59,160 nt of DNA from Macrostomum lignano (taxonomy: Eukaryota): contig NIVC01003108.1 of the NCBI GenBank assembly GCA_002269645.1, positions 1-59,160 on the forward strand, given 5' to 3'. Under the pieces are notes generated by a model that worked only from the letters and a program-made list of their open reading frames with translations, did not search any database and had not been told where the DNA came from. Both the position numbers and the translations under genes were made by a program. This document shows, piece after piece, positions 19,767-33,270 of the stretch (position 1 is its first letter; the number at the start of each line of letters is the position of its first letter).

Positions 19767-21473
19767 GAGTCCGCTGATTTTGTTGGACGAATGAACAGCT
19801 TAGCGGTGTCACTCGTGTGCACCACTGAGGACACGAGCTGGCGACAGCTCTGCGTGTCGTAGGGAAACCTGGCCATATTCATTGCGCACTTGGACTGGGT
19901 CAGAAACTCCGCAGTGTGCGACACCCAGCCGTTGTTTTCGACAACTAGAACAATTTTGTCGCTGGAGGTCCGACGGAACGCCAAACTAGAGGAGCATTTT
20001 ATTCAAATTTTCTCTAATTACCCAGAATTGTTGAGTTTACCTTGGCCACTTTATGTGTACATCTGCTGCAACCTCGGGGTGGGAAAGTTTAACAGAAACT
20101 TATTCATTGCAAATTAGTCATACCAAATTAAACCAGACTTGCAGAGTCATCTCCCCTGTCGCTGAGTTCTGTGGGCAGTGAAATCGGTCATCAATGGTCT
20201 TGGATACAATTTTGTTGTGTCTTACAGACAGCGGCTTAATTATTTGCGGTCCGTACAGAAAAATTGGCCTGCAGGAGCCTGTCGTGCGATTCACGACCAT
20301 AAGGGACAGCATCCAACGCGCAGAGTGTGCTATATGCATGCTTGCCAATGAGTAAATCGGGGCTGATGTACCCCATGGGGTGTGCCTTGATTTTTGGCTG
20401 TAACTACAGGTAACTATAACCAATTATGCCGATGAAGGACGATTAAAAGCGATCAATCTGACCACCCTGGCGAGGTTGTTCAGGTTAAAGAAAACGCCGA
20501 TTCGATTCGCTGAGCCAGCATCGGGCGGAGGACGCGCGTCCTTGTTGTAGCTGGTCTTCAAGCCCAGTGCCAATGACAGAGCTTCGTCAGGCGAGGTCGC
20601 AGCGGCAGTGAAGGATACAAAGTACAGAATGGCAACGATGAAGCCTTGGGGAGTCTGGTATGACATTGTTTTCAGTCTGACTGAGCTGCTATGTTTGTGT
20701 AGACACTCTGGGGTTAACGTCACTCGTTTTATGCATCTTTCCTTTCAACTTAGACCCGATCGTGATAGGCTTTTCCCGTCGATTTTGCAAGGTTAAGAGC
20801 ACTAGTAGCCAATTGGGTCTCAATTAAATTAAGATCAATTCTAGCAGGAACAAATCAATTTGACGCGCTGAGCGAGAATTAGCCAGGAGTGAAAGACAAT
20901 GGCTGGGACTCTATTTTATTCACGGCTCTGCTTATCGCATAGTGCTCACGCGAGAAACCTGACCCACGTATCGATCAAGCCAACTATTGGCGTGAGGCCA
21001 ACATAACTGCATGTATGAAAAGAGAAACTGTTTTCCAGGCTTTTGGGTGCTCAAACATTGATCTACTCTCTCTGCTCCTATCACATAGAGTGTCCATCTA
21101 ACATGTTTAGCAAGTCCATTTCCATGGTTCCGCTCTACTTTATGCTCTCGGCTTCAGTAGAAAGAACCAAGTGTGCAAAACCACACGTCTGCTACTAACT
21201 GCGACTTCAACAGTCTTTTGAAAATCATACTTTAGAGCTTTTCACTGATAAAGGATATCTGATGCGGTAATCTGTCTGAAAAATGAGCAAAATGTTTAGC
21301 CAAGACATTTTCAAAGCTGTCGAGTCAAAAAGTGGCTTTTTTATTCCCGGAGCCGGACTTATTATTTAGGCAGAAACTATTACCATACAATCAACATCCT
21401 TGATTGAATCCGACAGCAACCCTGGACTCAGAGGACAGTCAACAAACTATTTGTTAGCAAGAACCATAGTTTC

Positions 21474-24359
21474 TTAATTATTCTTGCCCACGATGCAGCT
21501 GGTCTTGGAGTTCATGGCATCCAGAATCGCAATCGCCAGCGCTAGCGACATTGTCAACGAGAAAAAGAAGGCAAAAAAGCAGCGGTCAGCGGCGGTCACA
21601 ACGGCGCTCCAGTCACTTTTGAAACTTGGGTGTTGCATCGTTGTTTCAGATTCGGCTTTTCCTAACCTTCGTTGGGAGATGACGCGAAGTTCCGTTCCGT
21701 CGGAGTACGTGTTCTAGAGTTGGAATGAAATATGTGAATGCATGCACCTGTGCAAAAGCTAATCAACAATCCACAGTGAATGATTGTTGGTCACGCACTT
21801 CAGCAGCAGTTGGCTCGATCACCACATTGGAATTTCGTGCCGACGGAGATTCTGTACGAGACGGATGGCCGCAGAAGAGCCTATTGAGAAACAGCAGCCG
21901 AGTGAGACGGCCGGGGACTCGAGCGTTCTCAGAAAACTGCTCAAAGTGGCAGCTCAGAACGAAGGCATTGGCAACCAGGTTAGCCATGGTCAGAAGCACC
22001 GCGAGGCTGAAGTACCAGGCTGCAATGTTGCAAGCAATTTCTTCTAATAGCAACACACTTTCTGCTGCTGTTCTTTAAGAAGATTTAGACTGCAACTAGC
22101 AATTTCGTCTGCCCCCCCGTTGGGGAGGCAACAAAGGAAAGAATCTTTTTTTGAATAAACTACGTGTGGCTTTTAACCTTGTACAGTCACTATTGTCAAT
22201 CTTTTAAGGAAAATGATGTTTGAACCAAAAAAGCATCCGCCCTGAATATCTAGCCTAAAAGATCAGATCCCCTATGGGCTTTGGCTCAAAGCATCTGAAC
22301 ACATGAGCCACAGAATTTCAGCAATTCCCCCCATGAACCGTGGCATTTCATCGATTCTCCATGAGCCCAAGAATTCCTGCAGTTCCCTATGAGCCTTTGA
22401 AATCTTAGCAACTGCCCTATGAGCCCTCCATGAGCCCCATGACACTTGACACATTTCTACTGCGGCAAAACGAAGAACTCACTTAGAAGAGGCACCGAGT
22501 CTCCCTGTGTTGGCGTGAAGTTTCCAGTCAGCTGCAGAAACACGCACATGGACAGCACGATGGTGATGCTCAGGGACAATCTCTCTCCACATTCCGGTGG
22601 GAGACAGAAGGCCAGAGTTGAGATGGCGAGCAGTAGGAAGCTGGGCAGAATTAGGTTCATCATGTAGAACGTAGTTTTCCGCTGTCAATAATTTTCGGGA
22701 GTTAAGAATGAATGCAAAATTATTCTCATTAAAATTTGAACCTTGAGCTAGATATGGAAAATTCTGGAATTCTCAGTAAGTCCTACATTATGTGACATCT
22801 TTTCGCTAGCCCACAGATGCTCTAGTACAGTGCTATGCTATCTAAATATCTGCATGCATGATCACTCCATCAGCCTCTTGTTATGCATCAAAGAAATCCA
22901 TCACAAAGACATCCATCACAGAGACATCCATCACAAAGACATCCATGCATCAAAGACATCCATCACAAAGGCATCCATGCATCAAAGACATCCATCACAA
23001 AGACATCCATCACAGAGACATCCATCACAGAGACATCCATCACAAAGACATCCATGCATCAAAGACATCCATCACAAAGGCATCCATGCATCAAAGACAT
23101 CCATCACAAGGACATCCATCACAGAGACATCCATCACAAAGGCATCCATGCATCAAAGACATCCATCACAAAGACATCCATCACAGAGACATCCATCACA
23201 GAGACATCCATCACAAAGACATCCATGCATCAAAGACATCCATCACAAAGGCATCCATGCATCAAAGACATCCATCACAAGGACATCCATCACAGAGACA
23301 TCCATCACAAAGGCATCCATGCATCAAAGACATCCATCACAAAGGCATCCATGCATCAAAGACATCCATCACAAAGACATCCATCACAGAGACATCCATC
23401 ACAGAGACATCCATCACAAAGACATCCATGCATCAAAGACATCCATCACAAAGGCATCCATGCATCAAAGACATCCATCACAAAGGCATCCATGCATCAA
23501 AGACATCCATCACAAAGACATCCATCACAGAGACATCCATCACAAAGACATCCATCACAAAGGCATCCATGCATCAAAGAAATCCATCACAAAGGCATCC
23601 ATGCATCAAAGACATCCATCACAAAGGCATCCATGCATCAAAGACATCCATCACAAAGACATCCATCACAGAGACATCCATCACAAAGACATCCATCACA
23701 AAGACATCCATCACAAAGACATCCATCACAAAGGCATCCATGCATCAAAGACATCCATCACAAAGACATCCATGCATCAAAGACATCCATCACAAGGACA
23801 TCCATCACAGAGACATCCATCACAAAGACATCCATCACAGAGACATCCATCACAAAGACATCCATCACAAAGACATCCACCATTAAAGACATCTATCACC
23901 AACGGACCGCATCAAACAAGCATTCATGGGCCAATGTAACCTCTAACTGGGTCCGAACCTTGATATCAACACGGAGCTCCACAAAATCGTAGATCACGTC
24001 AATGGACTTAACAGTACTGACGTTCACAATGCAGAAGTCGATATTTTTGACCAGAAAGTCCGTCAGCGAGTCCCCGGGTTTCGATTCCCTAATGCGCAAC
24101 GCGATTGTCTCGTTCGTGTGCACCACCGAGGACACCCGCTGGTGACAGCTCTGCGTGTCGTAAGGAAACTCAGCCATATTCATTTCGCACTTGGAATGGG
24201 TGAGCAGCTCCGATGTGTACTGCACCAGGCCGTCGCTTTTGACAACCAACACGATCTTTTCGCTGGATGTTCGACGCAGGTCCAGACTAGAATGCATTGT
24301 TCATTACGATGCTAATGAGCTTAAGAAAGTCCTTTCTGATTATTTGTGTGTGTGTGTGT

Positions 24360-24415
<56 letters not shown>

Positions 24416-27400
24416 GCACGGGGCATTTGTTGGGCCATACGCATACAACGGGACCCGCGCTGTTGGGCCAAAAAAAATGTTGGGACTGTCCCATCAAGTC
24501 CGTCCAACACTTCCAAAAAACTTACAATAGCAGCTCAAAAAAATACTCTATGGATTCAGCTCGACAGCCTCTTTTTGATGGTGCAACTCATTTTTAATAA
24601 TTTTACTTTCTGAGTCCATAATTAAGCAAAAACTGGCGTCCCAATAATGAAAAATGATACAAAATTCGACCAAATCACTATTGGGACACTGAAATGGCTA
24701 ATCTGCTCCCGTATATTTTTATTGGTTTTTTCTCATATTTTTACTAATAGTAGATTTCAAGCGCATTCATTTGCTGCAGTCTTTATTTCAAGACTTATAT
24801 ACATAGCATACATTAAATACATACAAAGCAAAGCATAGCAAAACACTTTTAAGGGTATTTTATTGTCAAAGGATGGTTCTGGATGGAGATAAACCTAAAG
24901 AAATGACAAGGGCTTACATGTACTTCTGACTGTGATGGGCATCAGTAGTACTCTACACGAACTAAATTGTTAGGACAGTGTTGCAGTGTTTAATACAACA
25001 GCCTACTCTTGTTAGGACTTGCTATTGACTGCTGCGTGCATTCGATATTCTATAAATTGTTGGGACTGTGTGCTACAGTGTCGTTTACAATAGCCCACTT
25101 CTATTAGGACTTACCCCGTACATGTTAGGACTAAGCCCTACCCCCCTGTGTACATGGCTCCAATTTACCAGAGTCCCCTTGCTAGTTAAGTGTACATTTA
25201 TTTTGGTCTATTATTGACGCCACCCCGCAAACTTACGGTAAACAAAATTGGCATGTACTCGCTATGCTGAAATCAATGGTCAACTCTGCCTCTGCCATGG
25301 CACCCGAGTCACCATGGTATGGAAAGAACAGCATGGAATGGCACAGCGATAAAAATGTAAGTGGTATTAAAAGAAATTGTCGGAAACAAGAAGCATTTAT
25401 ATTTAAATGCTATAAAAAATACTGCTCCTACTTATTTCTATCTCTACTTCAGGGATATCATCTTTGCTCAACTGTCATGTGGCGCAATTGCCAAAGGATC
25501 CGTCGACTTTAACCGGTAGGCTGTAAAAGCTTTGAGTAAAACTTGACATTTCGTCTGAATCCATTGACATTCAATAGCCTACGTGTCCAACCACAAAAAT
25601 TATAAGTTTTTTACTTTTAACTCTCAGATTGGGTCTTAGCAGATTCTATAGCTATGCATGCAAGGGCCCCTCAGAGGAGATGCTTAAACACTGCAGTGCA
25701 TTTTTCCTAGCAATTATTGGGACACGAAGTGTTGGGCCACTGTGTGTGTGTGTCTAGTTTTTTCCGCATTTGTTAAGTCACCTAAAGAACTCAATTAATA
25801 AAGGGCTCCAGAACAAATTGATGGGCAAACGGATGACACACTGCACAGAGACTTGTTGGGACATATTAAAAACAGCTTATTTTAGAATGGGTACACTTTA
25901 CTAAAGTAGAATGCTCCTACAGAAAGCTGCAAGCAAACTAGCATCTTCTGGAGCTGACATGCAGAGAAGAATGATTTTGTCGTCCTTGAAATCACTAAAT
26001 AGATATGCGAAATCGATCTTTTGCTAATCCCACCACAGGTTCCAGTGAAAAGAAGAAACGAAACCCATTGACTAAATTGGCAGTCGACTCAATCGATGCC
26101 GACTGCAACGGACCTGTCAGCTTCGAACTCAGGAGAGCAGCTAATAGTCTACGAGAGTAATGCTAGATGCCAGAATGCTTCACAGCATCAAAGTCTTTAA
26201 AGCAGAAGCTTCAATGAAAGGTTAGTTCATGCTGTGGCTGCATTCGTTTTCGTGTCTAGAAGCGTTATAACTTTTTGTACTTTTAACTCTCAGATCGGGT
26301 CTTAGCAGATTCTATAGCTATGCTTGCAAGGGCCCCTCAGAGGAGATGCTTAAACACTGCAGTGCATTTTTCCTAGCAATTATTGGGACACGAAGTGTTG
26401 GGCCACTGTGTGTGTGTGTCTAGTTTTTTCCGCATTTGTTAAGTCACCTAAAGAACTCAATTAATAAAGGGCTCCAGAACAAATTGATGGGCAAACGGAT
26501 GACACACTGCACAGAGACTTGTTGGGACATATTAAAAACAGCTTATTTTAGAATGGGTACACTTTACTAAAGTAGAATGCTCCTACAGAAAGCTGCAAGC
26601 AAACTAGCATCTTCTGGAGCTGACATGCAGAGAAGAATGATTTTGTCGTCCTTGAAATCACTAAATAGATATGCGAAATCGATCTTTTGCTAATCCCACC
26701 ACAGGTTCCAGTGAAAAGAAGAAACGAAACCCATTGACTAAATTGGCAGTCGACTCAATCGATGCCGACTGCAACGGACCTGTCAGCTTCGAACTCAGGA
26801 GAGCAGCTAATAGTCTACGAGAGTAATGCTAGATGCCAGAATGCTTCACAGCATCAAAGTCTTTAAAGCAGAAGCTTCAATGAAAGGTTAGTTCATGCTG
26901 TGGCTGCATTCGTTTTCGTGTCTAGAAGCGTTATAACTTTTTGTACTTTTAACTCTCAGATCGGGTCTTAGCAGATTCTATAGCTATGCATGCAAGGGCC
27001 CCTCAGAGGAGATGCTTAAACACTGCAGTGCATTTTTCCTAGCAATTATTGGGACACGAAGTGTTGGGCCACTGTGTGTGTGTGTCTAGTTTTTTCCGCA
27101 TTTGTTAAGTCACCTAAAGAACTCAATTAATAAAGGGCTCCAGAACAAATTGATGGGCAAACGGATGACACACTGCACAGAGACTTGTTGGGACATATTA
27201 AAAACAGCTTATTTTAGAATGGGTACACTTTACTAAAGTAGAATGCTCCTACAGAAAGCTGCAAGCAAACTAGCATCTTCTGGAGCTGACATGCAGAGAA
27301 GAATGATTTTGTCGTCCTTGAAATCACTAAATAGATATGCGAAATCGATCTTTTGCTAATCCCACCACAGGTTCCAGTGAAAAGAAGAAACGAAACCCAT

Positions 27401-30400
27401 TGACTAAATTGGCAGTCGACTCAATCGATGCCGACTGCAACGGACCTGTCAGCTTCGAACTCAGGAGAGCAGCTAATAGTCTACGAGAGTAATGCTAGAT
27501 GCCAGAATGCTTCACAGCATCAAAGTCTTTAAAGCAGAAGCTTCAATGAAAGGTTAGTTCATGCTGTGGCTGCATTCGTTTTCGTGTCTAGAAGCGTTAT
27601 AACTTTTTGTACTTTTAACTCTCAGATCGGGTCTTAGCAGATTCTATAGCTATGCATGCAAGGGCCCCTCAGAGGAGATGCTTAAACACTGCAGTGCATT
27701 TTTCCTAGCAATTATTGGGACACGAAGTGTTGGGCCACTGTGTGTGTGTGTCTAGTTTTTTCCGCATTTGTTAAGTCACCTAAAGAACTCAATTAATAAA
27801 GGGCTCCAGAACAAATTGATGGGCAAACGGATGACACACTGCACAGAGACTTGTTGGGACATATTAAAAACAGCTTATTTTAGAATGGGTACACTTTACT
27901 AAAGTAGAATGCTCCTACAGAAAGCTGCAAGCAAACTAGCATCTTCTGGAGCTGACATGCAGAGAAGAATGATTTTGTCGTCCTTGAAATCACTAAATAG
28001 ATATGCGAAATCGATCTTTTGCTAATCCCACCACAGGTTCCAGTGAAAAGAAGAAACGAAACCCATTGACTAAATTGGCAGTCGACTCAATCGATGCCGA
28101 CTGCAACGGACCTGTCAGCTTCGAACTCAGGAGAGCAGCTAATAGTCTACGAGAGTAATGCTAGATGCCAGAATGCTTCACAGCATCAAAGTCTTTAAAG
28201 CAGAAGCTTCAATGAAAGGTTAGTTCATGCTGTGGCTGCATTCGTTTTCGTGTCTAGAAGCGTTATAACTTTTTGTACTTTTAACTCTCAGATCGGGTCT
28301 TAGCAGATTCTATAGCTATGCATGCAAGGGCCCCTCAGAGGAGATGCTTAAACACTGCAGTGCATTTTTCCTAGCAATTATTGGGACACGAAGTGTTGGG
28401 CCACTGTGTGTGTGTGTCTAGTTTTTTCCGCATTTGTTAAGTCACCTAAAGAACTCAATTAATAAAGGGCTCCAGAACAAATTGATGGGCAAACGGATGA
28501 CACACTGCACAGAGACTTGTTGGGACATATTAAAAACAGCTTATTTTAGAATGGGTACACTTTACTAAAGTAGAATGCTCCTACAGAAAGCTGCAAGCAA
28601 ACTAGCATCTTCTGGAGCTGACATGCAGAGAAGAATGATTTTGTCGTCCTTGAAATCACTAAATAGATATGCGAAATCGATCTTTTGCTAATCCCACCAC
28701 AGGTTCCAGTGAAAAGAAGAAACGAAACCCATTGACTAAATTGGCAGTCGACTCAATCGATGCCGACTGCAACGGACCTGTCAGCTTCGAACTCAGGAGA
28801 GCAGCTAATAGTCTACGAGAGTAATGCTAGATGCCAGAATGCTTCACAGCATCAAAGTCTTTAAGCAGAAGCTTCAATGAAAGGTTAGTTCATGCTGTGG
28901 CTGCATTCGTTTTCGTGTCTAGAAGCGTTATAACTTTTTGTACTTTTAACTCTCAGATCGGGTCTTAGCAGATTCTATAGCTATGCATGCAAGGGCCCCT
29001 CAGAGGAGATGCTTAAACACTGCAGTGCATTTTTCCTAGCAATTATTGGGACACGAAGTGTTGGGCCACTGTGTGTGTGTGTCTAGTTTTTTCCGCATTT
29101 GTTAAGTCACCTAAAGAACTCAATTAATAAAGGGCTCCAGAACAAATTGATGGGCAAACGGATGACACACTGCACAGAGACTTGTTGGGACATATTAAAA
29201 ACAGCTTATTTTAGAATGGGTACACTTTACTAAAGTAGAATGCTCCTACAGAAAGCTGCAAGCAAACTAGCATCTTCTGGAGCTGACATGCAGAGAAGAA
29301 TGATTTTGTCGTCCTTGAAATCACTAAATAGATATGCGAAATCGATCTTTTGCTAATCCCACCACAGGTTCCAGTGAAAAGAAGAAACGAAACCCATTGA
29401 CTAAATTGGCAGTCGACTCAATCGATGCCGACTGCAACGGACCTGTCAGCTTCGAACTCAGGAGAGCAGCTAATAGTCTACGAGAGTAATGCTAGATGCC
29501 AGAATGCTTCACAGCATCAAAGTCTTTAAAGCAGAAGCTTCAATGAAAGGTTAGTTCATGCTGTGGCTGCATTCGTTTTCGTGTCTAGAAGCGTTATAAC
29601 TTTTTGTACTTTTAACTCTCAGATCGGGTCTTAGCAGATTCTATAGCTATGCATGCAAGGGCCCCTCAGAGGAGATGCTTAAACACTGCAGTGCATTTTT
29701 CCTAGCAATTATTGGGACACGAAGTGTTGGGCCACTGTGTGTGTGTGTCTAGTTTTTTCCGCATTTGTTAAGTCACCTAAAGAACTCAATTAATAAAGGG
29801 CTCCAGAACAAATTGATGGGCAAACGGATGACACACTGCACAGAGACTTGTTGGGACATATTAAAAACAGCTTATTTTAGAATGGGTACACTTTACTAAA
29901 GTAGAATGCTCCTACAGAAAGCTGCAAGCAAACTAGCATCTTCTGGAGCTGACATGCAGAGAAGAATGATTTTGTCGTCCTTGAAATCACTAAATAGATA
30001 TGCGAAATCGATCTTTTGCTAATCCCACCACAGGTTCCAGTGAAAAGAAGAAACGAAACCCATTGACTAAATTGGCAGTCGACTCAATCGATGCCGACTG
30101 CAACGGACCTGTCAGCTTCGAACTCAGGAGAGCAGCTAATAGTCTACGAGAGTAATGCTAGATGCCAGAGTGCTCTAAATAACGAGACTCCTGTTTTCTC
30201 ACTCGACCGGAATTTGTTGTTTAATCTGCTTAACTAATCTCTGCGTTTCAGTTTTTCAGTTTCACTGTCAATTTTAGGTTTTTTCCTAAGCGCAAGTGTA
30301 ATTGAATTTTTTATTCATATTAGTCAGGCATATTGCGTACAGCATTATAGCGTATTAGTAAAGGTAAAGGTAAATAGACTGCTTATAACTAGTTTTTCCT

Positions 30401-30691
30401 TCATGTGGATTGGCTTTAACGAAACCTTTTGTATTTCAAGTAATGCTGAATTCGCTGGACTGAGGACAATATAGTTACACGATGATATGCTATTCCTTCA
30501 CTTTCAATAGATCATACTATTAGTATGGGGCGTGCTTTTTTGTTTCAATGCATGCTTTTTTTCATCATTTAAATGCAAAAAATACTTAATAGGTCATTGC
30601 ACTGTGTGTATGTGTGTGTTTTCGTGTGTCAAAAAAAATTGCAAAATAAGTGCCCACCATTGTATACCGTACCAACAAGTGCCCGGTGCGT

Positions 30692-30741
<50 letters not shown>

Positions 30742-32415
30742 CGACCCTCCCATTTCCTTGGACTGAATAGCCGTACGCGCCTTCAGATAGCAATGACTGA
30801 AAATAGCTGAGCAGTCAGTTGCACATCTGCCTATTGTGGCAGGTGTAATCAATTATACTATATATTATATATCTTATATTTAGGAAGCATAGAAAATAAA
30901 AGATATCGTAAAATGACAAAAAAATGAAAACGTAAATAAGCGTGTAAAGACGCGGTCGGAAGATTGAGAGGGGCTAGGGGTGAGTCTTGACCTAAACTAC
31001 ATTTAAGTGCTTCTAATTATCTCATACTCAACTCAAAGTTTATACTCAAATGTACTGAGTGGCCTATCCAGGTACTATAGTGTCTGGGATCTACAAGTGA
31101 CTTCTCTACATTTATCAGTGCCATCAATCGTTCGTACGGACGAACTTACAGGTCATAAAAGGCCACGTCGGGTTGCCAGAGCAGGTCGGCTGGCACGAAA
31201 ATGGAGCTCACGTTGTCAAAGCTGGAGTTGAATTTTCCTTTCCAGACCAAGCGGCTGTCAAACCAGTACTGCAGGGAATAGTGTTGGCACGTACGAGTAC
31301 GTAAACAAGCTTCCGTGATGCCATGCAAACCCATTGAATTGTCTTTCATGAGATATTTATTCGAAAAAATCGATAGTTTTTACATACGCTGGAAGCGCTA
31401 ATGCACTTACCCAAGTATCGTCTCGTAGTTAGAAGGTTGTTGCTATCTATGAGAGTCTCAACTCTTGTATTTGTTACTTTTTAACTCTTATCATGCAGAT
31501 TCGGATATTGTGGAAAACTGGGAAGGAAAAAAGCGTAAATACTTGACAGTTGCAGATAGGCGTCCATCCAAAGCCTCGTTGTTTCTTTAAAAATGCTAGT
31601 TGCTTGAGATATTTGTGTGTTGGTAAATTTTACTGCTGTGAGCTCTAATACACTTAACCTATGAAATGGTCGCGTATCATCCGACGTAGATGAAATATTT
31701 ATAAGTTTAGTTTTTTAGTTAGAGGCAGGGACTCGGGGGCTGTGTGCACCCTGGCGCACTTCAGGTGAACATTGTCGCACAACCGGCGAGAGGCATTACT
31801 GCCCATTCCGCCGACTCCTCTGAGCAGGCACACAACAAGGACCACTGTAGCACCCCCTAAAATTACGCAATCTTTGAATTTTTCGTCCTGTACACTACAG
31901 TGATCCTTGGCACACAAGCGCGCGGATACGTTCGCATTCATACGCACAGGGATCGAGCCTGGGCCGCTGGCACATAAGAGCACCGCGCTAGACCCACTAG
32001 GCTACGGCCCCCAAATCTTAATAAGACATTTTTCGACTTTATTACGAGATTGCTGCGCATCGAATAACAAGAAGTCTCACCAGGCTGAACCAGACCTGCA
32101 GCATGATCTCCTGCGCTGCCGAGTCCTGCGGGTTGGAAAGATCCAAGCTCGACCACATGCTCAGAGCAATGATATTGGCTCACAAACACATTAAAATTGG
32201 AGGCTCACCACTCGAACCAAATTATTCAGGTTGAAAAAGACGGTCACCAAGTTTGCCGAACCGTTGTCAGGTGGCGGCCTGGCGTCCTTGTTGTAGGCGG
32301 ATTTCAGTTTCAGCGCCAATTCCAAGGCCTCATCTGGAGAAGCCGAGGCAGCCGCTGCCGCTGCGGCACGGCAGAGCAAGAGAGCGATGAAGCTTGATAG
32401 TGCAGCCCACAGCAT
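21474..32415 (-). CDS. nAChR-like copy C, apparently intact, ~452 aa; exons 32209-32415, 32081-32125, 31150-31268, 23959-24286, 22483-22681, 21799-22019, 21474-21713
   Basis: All GT-AG junctions are phase-compatible; Cys-loop CEMNMAEFPYDTQSC; TM1 FYMMNLILPS; TM2 GERLSLSITIVLSMCVF; TM4 WSAVVTAADRCFF. Confidence 0.88.
22884..23881. repeat. Minisatellite of 15/17-bp units (CATCCATCACAAAGA / CATCCATGCATCAAAGA) in intron 4 of copy C
   Basis: Direct tandem repeats visible. Confidence 0.95.
24344..24410. repeat. (GT)n microsatellite
   Basis: Direct. Confidence 0.95.
25612..30168. repeat. Tandem array of a 666-bp unit, ~6.9 near-identical copies
   Basis: CTCTCAGAT recurs at 25621, 26287, 26953, 27619, 28285, 28950, 29616. 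Confidence 0.97.
30696..30739. repeat. (GT)n microsatellite
   Basis: Direct. Confidence 0.95.
31705..32012 (-). mobile_element. tRNA-derived SINE-like element in intron 2 of copy C
   Basis: Minus strand GGGGGCCGTAGCCTAGTGG...GGCTCGATCCC; body shared with 187-546; A-rich tail. Confidence 0.7.
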
Positions 32416-32719
32416 GCTAGTGAGTCACAGTCCGCTATATTCTGTTCAGTTCTGGCTGGCAGCCAAGGTGTTGGAGAAACTATTTCGTGAATAACTATCT
32501 GCTTCAAGGATGCGGCCCACTCACACTGTCTGAAGGGATCTCATTGGGTCTCTCTTTGCTGTCACTCCTGCTTGCCTTCTTCAAACAATGTGACTATAGC
32601 CGTTAAAGTACGGATGCTACTTGAGAAACAAGGCCAAAAAGAGACTGGAATCAACACAAATTGTCTGTCAGACCTTTATTTGCGAGGTCACTAGCGAGAT
32701 AAACCTGAATCCCTTTTAC

Positions 32720-33270
32720 AATGCTCTCAACAACAACAACTATAATAACAAAATACATTGTCAGCCAGTAAAGTGTGGGACAATGTCACAGGTCGCGTTT
32801 CAGGGCCTGGGCGTGAACGTAGGCCGCACCGCCGGCAGTGTCCGGGGCGCCGGCATCAGACAGCAGGCAGTCAACAAAGCGCCGAGTGTGCACCTGTCCC
32901 CGTCGATAGTAGGGTGTCTGCAGCGTCAGCAACAGCACCTCCTGCACCGGCTGTGGGTAGTACGACTCGGCTCGGATGATGGCCTGCCAGCTGGAGTCGC
33001 TGATGGCGCAACAGTTCGCTGGGACGGAACAGGTCGGTGCGGTGATAGAGTGCCGCATTGGTCTCGGCGTTGTACAACAGGACGGTCTCGATCACCGCCT
33101 GGAACAACGCCACCCTCAGGCGGTCAGGCAACGCGCCGCCGCTGCCAAACGATCTGAGGCTGCCGCCGGAGATGCCGTTGCCGTCAGAGGAGAGTTTTAA
33201 TGCAATCAACAACCACAGTTGCTCTTGGCATATATCTACACTGTGCAAGTACAAATTTTGCTTGGCGGAT
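32720..33270 (-). mobile_element. 5'-truncated non-LTR retrotransposon (LINE) 3' end
   Basis: LFQAVIETVLLYNAET, LQLAGH(I)IR, RRGQ..RRFVD.L..D, typical of the RT C-terminal region; (TTG)n-like tail near 32730. Confidence 0.7.

Larger units (their letters stand above)
1463..20666 (-). pseudogene. nAChR-like copy B pseudogene interrupted by the Maverick; exons 20463-20666, 20124-20168, (exon 3 missing), 19767-19985 + 2317-2425, 2057-2238, 1749-1969, ~1463-1678
   Basis: Exon 4 halves sum to 328 nt as in paralogs; in-frame TAG at 2317-2319 where paralogs have AAG; exon 5 is 182 nt instead of 199 (17-nt loss, frameshift); TAG 1499-1501 and TGA 1487-1489 inside TM4; no GKFNS exon between 19985 and 20124. 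Confidence 0.85.

Noticed and set aside
19890-20117. GKFN peptide on the + strand as an inverted remnant of the missing exon 3 of copy B
   Set aside because: Only four residues match and the flanking WxDxRLxW / FDNVSS sequence is absent
22830-23992. Long ORFs (QRHPS / KDIHH / TSIT repeats)
   Set aside because: Translations of an intronic minisatellite that is open in several frames
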